Shown here: positions 12,775-25,700 of the stretch, one piece after another
Layout of the letters: the number at the start of each line of letters is the position of its first letter
Numbering within the stretch: the stretch's first letter is position 1
Assembly: GCF_004010195.1 (NCBI RefSeq)
Contig: NC_057720.1
Span: 1,190,706-1,254,705 of the forward strand
Reading direction: 5' to 3'
Source of the DNA: Chiloscyllium plagiosum
Taxonomy: Eukaryota
Length of the DNA stretch: 64,000 bases
Program-made: the position numbers and the translations under genes
Notes under the pieces: generated by a model
What the model was told of the DNA's origin: nothing
The model's database searches: none
Seen by the model: the letters and a program-made list of their open reading frames with translations, nothing else

Positions 12775-13232
12775 TGTCACAGAGTCAGTACTGAGGGAGT
12801 GCTGCACTGTCGGAGGGTCAGTACTGAGGGAGTGCCGCACTGTCGGAGGGTCAGTACTAAGGGAGTGCCACACTGTTGGAGAGTCAGTACTAAGGGAGTG
12901 CCACACTGTTGGAGGGTCAGTACTGAGGGAGTGCTGCACTGTCAGAGGGTCAGTGCTGAGGGAGTGCCACACTGTCGGAGGGTCAGTACTAAGTGAGTGC
13001 CACACTGTCGGAGGGTCAGTACTAAGGGAGTGCCACACTGTTGGAGGGTCAATACTAAGGGAGTGCCACAGTGTCGGAGGGTCAGTACTAAGGGAGTGCC
13101 ACACTGTTGGAGGGTCAGTACTAAGGGAGTGCCACACTGTTGGAGGGTCAATACTAAGGGAGTGCCACAGTGTCGGAGGGTCAGTACTAAGGGAGTGCCA
13201 CACTGTTGGAGGGTCAGTACTAAGGGAGTGCC
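12775..13232 (-). repeat. 33-bp tandem array (~14 units), same monomer as 6540-7062, opposite orientation
   Basis: (GGAGGGTCAGTACTAAGGGAGTGCCACACTGTC)n. Confidence 0.97.
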
Positions 13233-14809
13233 CACATGTTGCCACAGAACTCCAATCTTCCACGGCTTTTTGGAGAATAGAATTGTAAGCTTCTATGGGC
13301 TGTGTGTGTGGGGGAGGGGTGGGGAGGGGGAGCTGGTTCCTGAGTTCCCCCTGAACAGCCTGGCTCGGATCAGAATGTTCTGCCCCTTGTTCTGGTCTCT
13401 CCCCCTCCCCAGAGGAAACAGATTCTCTGCATCGACCCAATCAACTTCTTTCATCGTCTGGGGGATCTCCATTTAGCTGCTTCTGAACTTGAAGAAATAC
13501 AAAACAGGTTTGTAAAATGTATCCTTGTAATTTTATCCTTTAATTTCTTTTCAAATTTGGCCAAATTGATCCTGTTTTAAGTTAGCCTGTCTAAGAGTTT
13601 ATAAGAGTTATAGTTCTCCAATCTAATAAAAATGCCAAAATGTTTACAGAGCACTATCGGTCACTCTGTGAGATGGAACCATAGGACAAGAGACAAGTGA
13701 CCAAACATTCCACTAAAGAGATGGATTTTAGCAGGGGGCAGCGTCAGGGTTTAAGGAGGACATTCCTCACAGCTGAAGGCCTGGGTACACATCCTGCAGT
13801 AATTAACAACTGGTCTATGCAACTGGAATTCAGAATTGGAGAAATGAAGGTATCTCTGAGGGTTGCTTGGCTGGAGGAGATTAGCGAGCGTGGAAAGAGG
13901 CAGTGGGTTAGGAATGATTGTACATCAAGAATAACGTCTTAATATCAAAACATTGCACAGACACAGAGGGTGAGGAGTACATGTAAGTGGGTGAAAGTTA
14001 GACTCTCGTTGGAAGTTTTGAATGAGACCACATTTAAGGAGTGTGCCTGTTGGAGAGAGAATTGGATTCAGAAATCACTGTCACATGTTGGGGTAGAATA
14101 GGATTCCTCCATGTGGTGGGGGTGTCTTTGGCTGGGCCAGGTTTTCTTGCCTGTCCCTAGTTGCCCTTGAGAAGGACAAGGGCAGCAGATACATGGGAAC
14201 ACCACCAGCTGAAAGCTCCCCTCCAAAACACTCACTACCCTGACTTGGAAAGTTTCTTCAGCATCAGTGAAAATCCTGGAATTCCCTCCTTTAGGGCAGA
14301 GTGTATCTACCCACAACACTACAGAGGATCAAGAAGGCAGCTCACCACTAGGGCAACTAGCGACAGGCAATAAATGCTGGACGGCCAGCAATACCCACAT
14401 TTCATGAAAGAAAACAACACAATTATTCACACAACTGGCTAAGAGTTTCCTTCATTTAAATAACTCCTTCAGGATTCAAACCAAACCCTGCTGATCTGGA
14501 ATTTACACAAAGCTAACACATTTTCAAACTGAATTAGCTATTTGCTCAAGGAGTGACTACTTTTCACCTGGGACTTTTGTGAATGAAATCAAAAGGTTTC
14601 TAATTTATGGGATTTCCGCCTAAATGAAAGAAAATCCTGATTTTTCTAAACAGAAAGCACGCTCGTGTTTTTCACTGTTCACTCTAATTACAAAACTTAC
14701 ACAATGTCCATAATCATTCCAGGAGGTGTCTCTCTCTAATGGTTAAAAAAAACATGTCCCAGAGAGACTGACAAGTTAATTGTTAAAGCTAAAAACAGCC
14801 AAAACATTT

Positions 14810-15003
14810 GTAGATGCTGAAAATCAGAATCAAAAACAGAAGTTGCTGGAAAAGCTCAGTAGGTCTGGCAGCATCTGTGGGGAGAAGTCAGGGTTAACAT
14901 TTCAGGTCCAGTGACCCTTCCCCAGCACAATGTTCCTGAATTCTGATGAACAGTCACTGGACCCGAAACGTTAACTCTGATTTCTCCCCACAGATGCTGC
15001 CAG
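14810..15003. mobile_element. Penelope-type terminal-repeat fragment in inverted arrangement (second family) with degenerate hammerhead cores
   Basis: ctggcagcatctgtggggagaa...gtccagtgac mirrored by gtcactggacccgaaacgtt...ccacagatgctgccag; contains CTGATGA...GAAACGTT. Confidence 0.7.
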
Positions 15004-15049
15004 GGTCAGAGATGTCTCAGAGCGGCTGCAGGCCAGTCCCACGGGGAAG

Positions 15050-15182
15050 AGTGGTGCTGGAAGAGCACAGCAATTCAGGCAGCATCCGAGGACAGTCCTC
15101 GGATGCTGCCTGAATTGCTGTGCTCTTCCAGCACCACTAATCCAGAATCTAGTTTCCAGCATCTGCAGTCATTGTTTTTACC
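15050..15182. mobile_element. Penelope terminal-repeat fragment forming a perfect 44-bp-arm palindrome
   Basis: 15050-15093 and 15095-15138 are exact reverse complements; same sequence as the end of the element at 40196. Confidence 0.85.
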
Positions 15183-15264
15183 ACGGGGAAGAGTGAACAG
15201 TCAGCAGTCGTGGTACATGTCAAGAGGTAAAAATGGAAATGACCATTTTTCTCTGCATAAAGAA

Positions 15265-15890
15265 CCTACCTCTGATGTCTCCTTTATACCTTCCTCCTAA
15301 TATCTTCAAACTATGACTCCTCGTTCCAGTCAATCCTGCCCTGGGGAAAAGTCTCTGGCGTATACCTCGATCAGGTCACCTCTCTTCCTCCTTCTCTCCA
15401 GAGAGAAAAGTCCGAGCTAAGTCAACCTCTCTTCATAAGACAAGTCCTCCAGTCCAGGCAGCGTCCTGGTAAACCTTTTTTGCACCCCCTCCAAAGCCTC
15501 TATATCTTTCCTATAGTAGGCTGAACAGAACTGGACACAATATTCCAAGTGTGGTCTCACCAGGGACTTTGAGAGCTGCAGCAAAACCTCACAGCTCTTA
15601 AACTCGATCCCCCTGTTAATGAAAGCCAAAACACCATATGCTTTCTTAACAACCCTATCCACTTGGGTGGTGACTTTGAGGGATCTATGTACTTGCTCAC
15701 CCAGATCCCTCTGTTCCTCCACACTGCCAAGAATCCTGTCTTTAATCTATATTCAGCATTTGAGTTCGACCTTCCAAAATGCATCACTTCGCATTTATCC
15801 AGGTTGAACTCTATCTCCCATTTCTCAGCCCAGCTCTGTATCCTGCCTATGCCACGCTGCAGCCTGCAATAGCCCTCGATACTATCAATA
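15265..15890 (-). mobile_element. CR1 LINE RT C-terminal fragment
   Basis: EQRDLGEQVH, LVRPHLEYCVQF, YEERL motifs. Confidence 0.9.
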
Positions 15891-17441
15891 TTTGTCAAGT
15901 ACAGAGCATCAAACACAGGGGGCCCTTCAAATGTATAGAGACTGTATGGGGTTCCTTAAAAGAGAAATTAGGCAGGCAAAGAGGGGCCAGGAAACATATT
16001 TGGCAATTAGGATTAAGGAAAGCTCCAAGGCTTTTTATAAATATAATCAGAGTAACAGGATGTTTAAGAAAAGAGTGGAACCTATTAGAGACCAAAAGGG
16101 CAAACTGTGCATTGAGCCAGTGGATGTGGGTGAGATTTTAGATGAATATTTCTCATCTGTACTCTCAGATTGTAGCCGGGGATTTTAGTTGGGATGGTGA
16201 GGTTCTAGAACACATTAACATTAATAAGGGGGAGGTACAAGATGTTTTAATGGGGACAGAGGTGCATAAATCCCCAGGGCCCAGGCTGCTATGGGAAAGA
16301 AGGGGAGGAAACTGCTGGGGCCCTGACAGAAGTAATTAATACTTCACTGACCACGGGTGAAGTGCCAAATGACTGGAGGACAGCTAATGTGGTTCCTTTG
16401 TTAAAGAATGGCAGCAGGGATAAGCCAGGTAGTTATAGAGTAGTTAGTCTGACAGCAATGGGAGGGAAATTATTGGAAACAATTCTGAAAGATAAGATTA
16501 GTCGATATTTGGAAAGGCAGGGATTGATCAGTGATAGTCAACATGGATTTGTTAGAGGGAGATCCTGTCTGACTAATTTAATTGAGTTTTTGAAAAGATG
16601 ACTGAATATACTGAGGAGGGTAATGCAGTTGATGTAGTTTACATGGAGTTCAGTAAGGCCTTAAACAAGGACCCACATGGAAGGCTGATCCAAAAGGTAA
16701 GAGCCCACGGAATCCGAGGCAATTTGGCAAATTGGATCCAAAACTGGCTTCCAAACAGGAGGTACAGGGAGGTGGTGGAGGGACGTGTTAGTGATTGGAT
16801 GTCTGTGACCAGAGGTGTACCACGGGACTCTTGCTATTTGTTATCATCATTAATGACGTGGATGTGCATGTAGACAGTATAATTGGCAAGTTTACAGGTG
16901 ACACGAAAATTGGTGGGTGTTGTTGACAGTGAGGCGGGTGGTCTGAGGCGACAGTCTGATATTAATCAGCTGGTAAACTGGGCAGAGTTATCCTGATAAG
17001 GGCAATGTGATGCATTTAAGAGGTTTAATAAGGAAAGGACTTGGAACATAGAACATAGAGCATTACAGTGCCATACAGGCCCTTCAATCCTTGATGTTGC
17101 GCTGACCTGTAGAACCAATTTGAAGCCTATCTAACCTACACTATTCCATTCTCGTCCAGATGCCTATCCAATGACCATTTAAAAGCCCTTAAAGTTGGCG
17201 AGTCTACTACTGTTGCAGGCAGGGTGTTCAACCTATCTACTACTCTCTGAGTAGATAAACTACCTCTGACATCTTTCTTATATCTTAGACTATGAATGGT
17301 AAGTCTCTAGGTATGATTGAATAACAAAGATGTCAGAGGCAGTTTCTTTACTCAGAGAGTAGTAAGGGTATGGAATGCTTTGCCTGCAACGCTAGCAAAT
17401 TTGCCAACTTTAAGTACATTTAAGTCGTCATTGGACAAGCA

Positions 17442-17598
17442 TGTCAGAGGGTCAGTGCTGAGGGAGTGCTGCTCTGTCAGTGGGTCAGTACAGAGGGAGT
17501 GCCGCACTGTCGGAGGGTCATTACTGAGGGAGTGCCGCACTGTCAGAGGACCAGTGTTGAGGGAGCGCCACACTGTCGGAGGGTCAATACTGAGGGAG
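17442..17598 (-). repeat. 33-bp tandem array (~5 units) inside a CR1 3' end
   Basis: Same monomer as the other two arrays. Confidence 0.93.
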
Positions 17599-17835
17599 GG
17601 CTTCAGATTGGTATGACAGGGCAGCGCAACATCGAGGGCCGAAGAGCCTGTACTGCGCTGTAATGTTCTATGTTCTATAAAGGGACCTTGGTGTAGAAGT
17701 CCATAGGTCCCTGAAGGGGGCAGTAAAGGGAGACAGGGTGCATGCCTTCATTACCCCAGGTGTAAAATGTAGCATCAAGGAAGTCTTGATATAACTTTAA
17801 GGAGCATTGGTTAGGCCATGGATGGAATACCATGT

Positions 17836-18538
17836 TGTTATGAGGATATGGCTGTACTGTACCTTTAAGAAAGTTAAAATTTAGCAGAACTACCTGACAG
17901 CACCAAGTGTTTTGAACAAGATACAATGAAACCTTTTGGTGCAGCAGCTAGAGTAGCTGGTTGCCTGGAGACAAAAACAAATTCAAACTTGGCCAATCAG
18001 TTTAAATTATCCTCCAAAATACCAAACTCCAATCAAGTTTGAATTTAGTATATTGACAATATTAAAAACCAATTAAACATTCCGATGCTTTGAGGTATAA
18101 GCCTGGGGAAAAATTTAACAGTTGGAAGAGAACTGCCACAAGATGAACAGGTGTAGACTGCTGGTCGGAAGTGTCTGAGAGGTTTCTGTCGAGAGAAGGA
18201 GTTTGCACAGAGATAAACATCGACACCGACCCGGCAAGTAAATCTGCAAAGAGAGGATTCGATAGCCGACTGGTTTTCAAATTTGAGTTTTTCAGTAAAT
18301 CTTAATCAGGGTTTTATGGGACTAGTATTATAAAAGGGAAAGTAAAAGTTAGGTTAGAGGAAGGAGTTGTAAATAATTGCTAGTTAATTGTTCTCTGTTA
18401 TACTTTAAGAAATTAAGTTGTTAACTTTTACTTTAAAAAGTTCTTGGCCTCTCGGAGTTTCACAGATTACTGCACAGGGTAAGTCTTTTCTGTGTTGCTG
18501 GTTTAAATTAAGCAGAAACTTTACCCTGTGTCGTAACA
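17836..18538 (+). mobile_element. Probable solo LTR (703 bp)
   Basis: Starts TGTTATGA and ends TCGTAACA (TG...CA with short inverted termini); flanks atgt/atat; splits a CR1 EYCVQFW-coding stretch; internal TATAA near 18096. Confidence 0.7.
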
Positions 18539-21500
18539 ATATACAGCTCTGGTCACCACACTATTGGAAGGATGTGATTGCATGGAGAGGGAGCAGGGGA
18601 GATTCACCAGGATGTTCCCTGGGCTGGAAAGTCTCAGTAATGAGGAGAGACTGGATAGGCTGTGTTTGTTTTCCCTGGAGCAGAGGATGCTGAGAGGGGA
18701 TCTGATTGACAGATACACAATTCTGGGAGGGATAGACAGAGTAGCTTGTGAGAATCCATTCCCCATGGCAGGTGTCTCTAAGACCAGAGGGCAAATATTT
18801 AACGTGAGGGGCAAATGGTTTAGCGGGGATTGGAGAAAGATTTTTATTTCACCCAGAGGGTGGCAGAAATATGGAAGATGCTGCCTGAGAGTGGGCTGGA
18901 GACAGGGAATCTCACAGCATTGTAAGCAGCAGGATGGGTACTTGGAATGATAAGGTATAGAAGGCTATGGACCAAGTGTAGGTAAATGGGATTAGTGTAG
19001 AGCAGTGTTTGCTGATCAGCATAGACATGATGGGCCAAAAGGGTAAAGTGCAGGTAAATGGGATTAGTGTAGAGCAGTGTTTGCTGATCAGCATAGACAT
19101 GATGGGCCGAAAGGCCTGTTTCTGTGCGTATGGCTCTATGAATATGACAGCATAAATTATCAAACGTCACAATCCTTACCTCATCAGGATTACTGGGCCT
19201 CAATGCAGCTGTCCAGAAATCCTCTGTGTCATCTGCCACAGCGAGGCAGTGGCCGAGTGGTATTATCACTCGACTATTAATCCAGAAACCCAGAATAATG
19301 TTCCGGGAACCTGGGTTCAAATCCTGCCACAGCAGATGGTGAAATTTGAATTCATTAAAGAATATCTAAAATTAAGAGTGGACTGCTGACCATGAAACCA
19401 TCATCAATTGTCAGAAAAACCCATCTGGTTCAGTAATGTCTTTTAGGGAAGGAAATCTGCCTTCCTTATCTGGTCTGGCCTACATGTGACTCCAGACCCA
19501 CAGCAATGTGGTTGACTCTCAACTGCTCTCTGAAATGGCCTAACAAGCCACTCAGTTGTGTCAATGGCTAGAAAGTCACAACAAAAAAAATGAAACCGGA
19601 CAGATGACCTGCATCAACCTTGGAACCGGAAAAGGCAATGGCAAAAACACAAACTGCCCTGTCAACCACGCAAAGTCCTCCTTACCATCATCCGGGGGAT
19701 AGTGCCGAAATTGGGCAAGCTGTCTCATAGACTAGTCAAGCAACAGCCTGATACAGTCATACTCACAGAATCATACCTTACAGACAATGTCCCATAAACC
19801 ACCATTACCATCCCTGGATATGTCCTGTCCCACCAGCAGGACAGACCCAGCAGAAGTGGCGCCGCAGTGGGATACAGTCGGGAGGGAGTTGCTCTGGGAG
19901 ACCTTGACATTGACTCCGGACCCCATGAAGTCTCATGGCTTCAGGTTAAACATGGGCAAGGAAACCTTTTACTGATTACCACGTACCGTCCATGTTCAGA
20001 TGCTAAGTCACTTCCTCCATGTTGAACAACACTTGGAGGAAACACTGAGGGTGACAAGGATGCAAAATGTACTCGGGGGGTGGGTTTCAATGTCCCACCA
20101 CCAGAGTGGCTCGGCAGCAGCATTACTGACCGAGCTGGTCGGGTCCTAATGGATAAAGGACTGAGTCTGCAGCAGGTGGTGAAGGAACCAACAAGTGGAA
20201 AAAATATACTTGGCCTCATCCTTACCAATCTACTGGCTGCTGATGCATCTGTCCATGACAGTATCGGGAAAAGTCTTTGTGGAGATGAAGTCCCATCTTC
20301 ACATTGAGAATACCCTCCATCGTGTTGTGTGGCACTATCACCGTGATAAATGGTACAGGCTTTGAACCGATCTAACAGCTCAAGACTGGGCATCCATCAG
20401 GCGCTGTGGGCCATTAACAGCAGCAGAACCTTACTCCAGCACAATCTGTAACCTCACAGCCCGGCATATCCCCCACTGAACCATTACCATCAAGCCAGGG
20501 GATCAACTCTGGTTCAATGGAGAGTGCAGGAGGGTATGCCAGGAGCAGCACCAGGTATATCTGAAGATGAGGTGCCAACCTGGTGAAGCCACCAAATAGG
20601 ATTACTTCCAAACAGCATAAACAGCCAGTGATAGACTGAGCTAAACGATCCCACAAACAATGGATCAGATCTAAGCTCTGCAGTCCTGCCACATCCAGTA
20701 GGGAATGATGTTGGACAATTAAACAACTCACTGGAGGAGGAAACTCACAAATATTCCCATCCTCAATGATGGAGGAGCCCAGCACATCAGGGCAAAAGAT
20801 AAGGCTGAAACATTCGCAACAATCTTCAGCCAGATATGCCGAGTGGATGATTCACCTCAGGCTCCTCCAGTGATCCCCTGCATCACAGACACCAGTCGCC
20901 AGCCAATTCGATTCACACTACGTGATGTCAAGAAACTGCTAGAGGCAATGGGCTCTGACAACATTTCAGCAATAGTACTGAAGCCTTGTGCTCCAGAACG
21001 TGTCACTCCCCGAGCCAAGCTGTTCCAGTAGTTACAACACTGGCATCAACCCGACAATGTGGGAAATTGCCCAGATATGTCCTGTAGAGAAAATCCAATC
21101 TAGCCAATTACCATCCCATCAGTCTACTCTCCGTCCTCAGTAAAGTGATGGAAGGGGTCAGTAACAGAGCTATTAAGCAGCACCTGCTCAGCAACAGCCT
21201 GCTCAGTGACGCCCAGTTTGATTCCCCCAGGGTCACTCAGCTCCTGACCTCATCACAGCCTAGGGTCAAACATGGACAAAAGAGCTGAATTCCACAGGGG
21301 AGGGGAGAGGGACAGCCCTTGACATCAAGGCTGCAATCGACCGAGTGTGGCATTCAGAGCCCTCGCAAAACTGGAATCACTGGGTATCTGGGGTAAACAC
21401 TCCAATGGTTAGAGTCATACATATAACACAGAACATAGAACATTCCAGCGCAGGACAGGCCCTTCAGCCCTCAATGTTGCACTGACCTGTGAAACCAATC

Positions 21501-24500
21501 TGAAGCCCATCCCACCTACACTATTCCATTCTCATCCATGTGTTTATCCAATGACCATTTAAATGCCATTAAAGTTGGTGAGTCTACTACTGTTACAGGC
21601 AGGGTGTTGCACGCCCCTACTAATCTTTGGGTAAAGAAACTACCTCTGACATCTATCTTATATCTATCACCCCTCAATTTAAAGTTATGTCTCCTCCTTC
21701 CAGCCATCATCATCCACTGTCCACCCTATCTAACCCTCTGATTATCTTATATGTTTCTATTAAGTCACCTCTCAATCTTCTTCTCTCTAACGAAAGCAAC
21801 CTCAAGTCCCTCAGCCTTTCCTCTAAAGACCTTCCCTCCATATCAGGCAACATTCTGGTAAATATCCTCTGAAAACTTCCTAATGCTTCCACATCATTCT
21901 TATAATGCGGTGACCGTAAAGGAAAGCAATTCTTGAAGCACGGCCGCACCAGACCTCACGGCTCTGAAACTCAATCCCTCTCCCAATAAAAGCTAACACA
22001 TCGTATGTCTTCTTAGTAACCCTATCAACCTGGGTGCCAACTTTCAGGAATCTATGTACATGGACACTGAGATCTCTCTGCTCATCTACACTACCAAGAA
22101 TCTTACCGTTACCCCAGTACTCTGTATTCCTGTTGCTCCTTCTAAAGTGAATCACCTCACAATTTTCCACATTAAACTCCATTTGCCACCTCTCAGCCCA
22201 GCTCTGCAGCTTATCTATGTCCTTCTGTAACCTGCAACATCCTTCAGCACTATCCACAACTCCACTGACCTTAATGTCATCGCAAATTTACTAATCTATC
22301 CTTATACACCCTCAGCTAGGTCATTTATAAAAAATGACAAACAGCAGTAGCTCCAAAACAGATCCTTGTGGTACCCCACGAGTAACTGAGCTCCAGGATG
22401 AACATTTCCCATCAACCACCACCCTCTATCTTCTTTCAGCTATTTCTGATCCAAACTGCTATATCTCCCACAATCCCATGCCTCTGTATTTTATGCAATA
22501 GCCTACCATAGGGAACCTTATCAAATGCCTTACTGAAATCCATATACACCACATAAACCAGTTTACCCTCATCCACCTGTTTGGCCACCTTCTCAAAGAA
22601 CTCAATAAGGTTTGCGGGGCATGACCTACCCTTCACAAAACCATGTTGACTATCCCGAATCAACTTATTCCTCTGTAGATGATTATAAATCCTATCTCTT
22701 ATAACTTTTTCTAACACTCCACCCACAACCGAAGTAAGTCTCACTGGTCTGTAATTACCAGGGTTGTCTCTACTCCCCTTCTTGAACAAGGGAACGACAT
22801 TTGCTATCCTCCAGTCTTCTGGCACAACTCCTGTAGACAATGATGACACAAGATCAAAGCCAAAGGCTCAGCAATCTCCTCCCTGGCTTCCCAGAGAATC
22901 CCAGGATAAATCCCATCCTGCCCAGGGGACTTATCTATTTTTACACTTTCCAGAATCGCTAACACCCCCTCCTTGTGAACCTCAATCCCATCTCGTCTCG
23001 TAGCCTGTATCTCAGTATTCTCCTCGACCACATGGTCTTTTTCCAGTGTGAATACTGACAAGAAATATTCATTTAGCACTTCCCCATTTCCTCTGATTCC
23101 CTACACAACTTCCCTCTACTGTCCTGGATTGGCCCAAATTTTACTCCAGTCATTGTTTTATTCCCGATTTACCTATAGAAAGCTTTAGGGTTTTCCTTGA
23201 TCCTATCCACCAACAACTTCTCATGTTCCCTCCTGGTTCTTCTTAGCTCTCTCTGTAGGTCTTTCCTGGCTAACGTGTAACTCTCAAGCGCCCTAACTGA
23301 GCCTTCACGTCTCATCCTAACATAAGCCTTCTTCTTCCTATTGACAAGAGATTCAACTTCTTTAGTAAACTACGACTCCCTCACTCAACCACTTCCTCCC
23401 TGCCTGACAGGTACAGACTTATCAAGGACATGCAGTAGCTGTTCCTTGAGTAAGATCCACATTTCAACTCTGTCCATCCCCTGCAGTTTTCTTCCCCATC
23501 CTATGCATCCTAAATCTTGCCTGATCGCATCATAATTGCCTTTCACCCAGCTATAACTCTTGCCCTGTGTATATACCTGTCCCTTTCCCATCGCTAAAGT
23601 AAACATAACTGAATTGTGGTCACTATCACCAAAGTGCTCACCTTCCTCCAAATCTAACACCTAGCCGGGCTCATTACCCAGTACCAAATCCACTGTGCCC
23701 TCGCCCCTTGTTGGCCTGTCTACATACTGTGTCAGGAAACCCTCCTGCACACAATGGACAAAAGCTGACCCATCTAAAATACTCGAATTATTGTATTCCC
23801 AGACAATATTTGGAAAGTTAAAAGTCCTCCATAACAACTACTACCAAGAATCATCTCTGCTATCCTTTCCTCTACATCTCTGGAATGTTTTGGAGGCTGA
23901 TAGAAAACTCCCGACAGGGTGACCTCTCCTTTCCTGTTTCTAACCTCAGCCCATACTACAGTAGATGTGTCATCAAATGTCCTTTCTGCCACCATAATAT
24001 TGTCTTTGACTAACAATACCACACCCCACCCTCCTTTACCATTTTACTGAAACACCTAAATCCTAGAACCTGCAATAACCATTCATGTCCCTGCTCTACC
24101 CATATCTCTGAAAGGGCCATAACTTCGAAGTCCCAGGTACCAACCCATGCTGCAAGTTCACCCACCTTATTCCGGATGCTTCCGGTGTTGAAGTAGACAC
24201 ACTTCAAACCACCTTCCTGCTTGTTAGTGAACTCTTGCAACCTAAAACCTCATTTCTGACCTCAGTGCTCTCAACTTCCTGGTCACTGGAACTATGGCTT
24301 GGTTCCCATCCCCCTGCTGTATTAATTTAAACTCTCTTGCAGAGCATGAGCAAATTCTACCCCCTCCACACACCCCCACCACCACCATCAGGATATTGGT
24401 ACCCTTCTGATTGAGGTGAAGACCATTCTGTTTGTAGAGGTCCCACCTACCACAGAATGAGCCTCAATTATCCAGGAATCTGAAACTCTCCTCCTGCACC

Positions 24501-24611
24501 ATCCCTGTAACCACATGGTCAACTCCTCTCTCTCCCTATTCCTCGCCTTGCTAACATGGGGAACAGGCAACAAACCAGAGATAACAAGTCTGTTTGTTCT
24601 AGCACTAAGCT

Positions 24612-25700
24612 TAATAGTGTTCTTTGAGGAAGTGACCAAGTTGATAAATGAAAGAAGGGCTGTAGATGTCATATACAGGACTTTAGTAAGGCATTTGATA
24701 AGGTTCCCCATGGGAAACTAATGTAGAAAGTGAGGTCACATGGTGTGCAGGGTGTTCTAGCTCGGTGGATAAAGAACAGGTTGAGCAACAGGAGACAGAG
24801 AGTAGTAGTTGAAGGGAGTTTCTCGAAATGGAGAAAGGTGACCAGTGGTGTTCCACAGGGGTCAGTATTGGGGCCATTGTTGTTTGTAATATACAGAAAT
24901 GATCTAGAAGAGGGCACTGTTGGTATGATTAACAAGTTTGCAGATGACACAAAGATTGNNNNNNNNNNNNNNNNNNNNNNNNNNNNNNNNNNNNNNNNNN
25001 NNNNNNNNNNNNNNNNNNNNNNNNNNNNNNNNNNNNNNNNNNNNNNNNNNNNNNNNNNNNNNNNNNNNNNNNNNNNNNNNNNNNNNNNNNNNNNNNNNNN
25101 NNNNNNNNNNNNNNNNNNNNNNNNNNNNNNNNNNNNNNNNNNNNNNNNNNNNNNNNNNNNNNNNNNNNNNNNNNNNNNNNNNNNNNNNNNNNNNNNNNNN
25201 NNNNNNNNNNNNNNNNNNNNNNNNNNNNNNNNNNNNNNNNNNNNNNNNNNNNNNNNNNNNNNNNNNNNNNNNNNNNNNNNNNNNNNNNNNNNNNNNNNNN
25301 NNNNNNNNNNNNNNNNNNNNNNNNNNNNNNNNNNNNNNNNNNNNNNNNNNNNNNNNNNNNNNNNNNNNNNNNNNNNNNNNNNNNNNNNNNNNNNNNNNNN
25401 NNNNNNNNNNNNNNNNNNNNNNNNNNNNNNNNNNNNNNNNNNNNNNNNNNNNNNNNNNNNNNNNNNNNNNNNNNNNNTGGTGGGCGTTTGGAATGCGTTG
25501 CCAGCAGAGGTGGTAGAGGCAGGCACGGTAGATTCATTTAAGATACATCTGGATAGATGCATGTGTAGGTGGGGAACAGAGGGACACAGATGCTTAGGAA
25601 TTGGGTGACAGGTTTAGACAGTACATTTGTATCGGCTCAGGCTGGGAGGGCCGAAGGGCCTGGTCCTGGGCTATAAATGTTCTTTGTTCTTTGTTTTTTC
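24612..25700 (+). mobile_element. CR1 RT-to-tail fragment nested in ORF1 of the minus-strand CR1
   Basis: [22 protein letters not shown]; tail (tctttgt)n. Confidence 0.9.
24959..25477. other. Assembly gap (519 N) inside a CR1 fragment
   Basis: N run between FADDTKI and VGVWNALP CR1 sequence. Confidence 0.99.

Larger units (their letters stand above)
15900..19140 (+). mobile_element. Old CR1 LINE (ORF2 to tail) with nested CR1 3' ends (17045-17286 minus, 17325-17677 plus), a solo LTR and a 72-bp-period duplication near 18981-19108
   Basis: DWRTANVVPL, QHGFVRGRSCLTNL, VDVVYMEFSKA motifs; host sequence resumes after each insertion. Confidence 0.85.
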
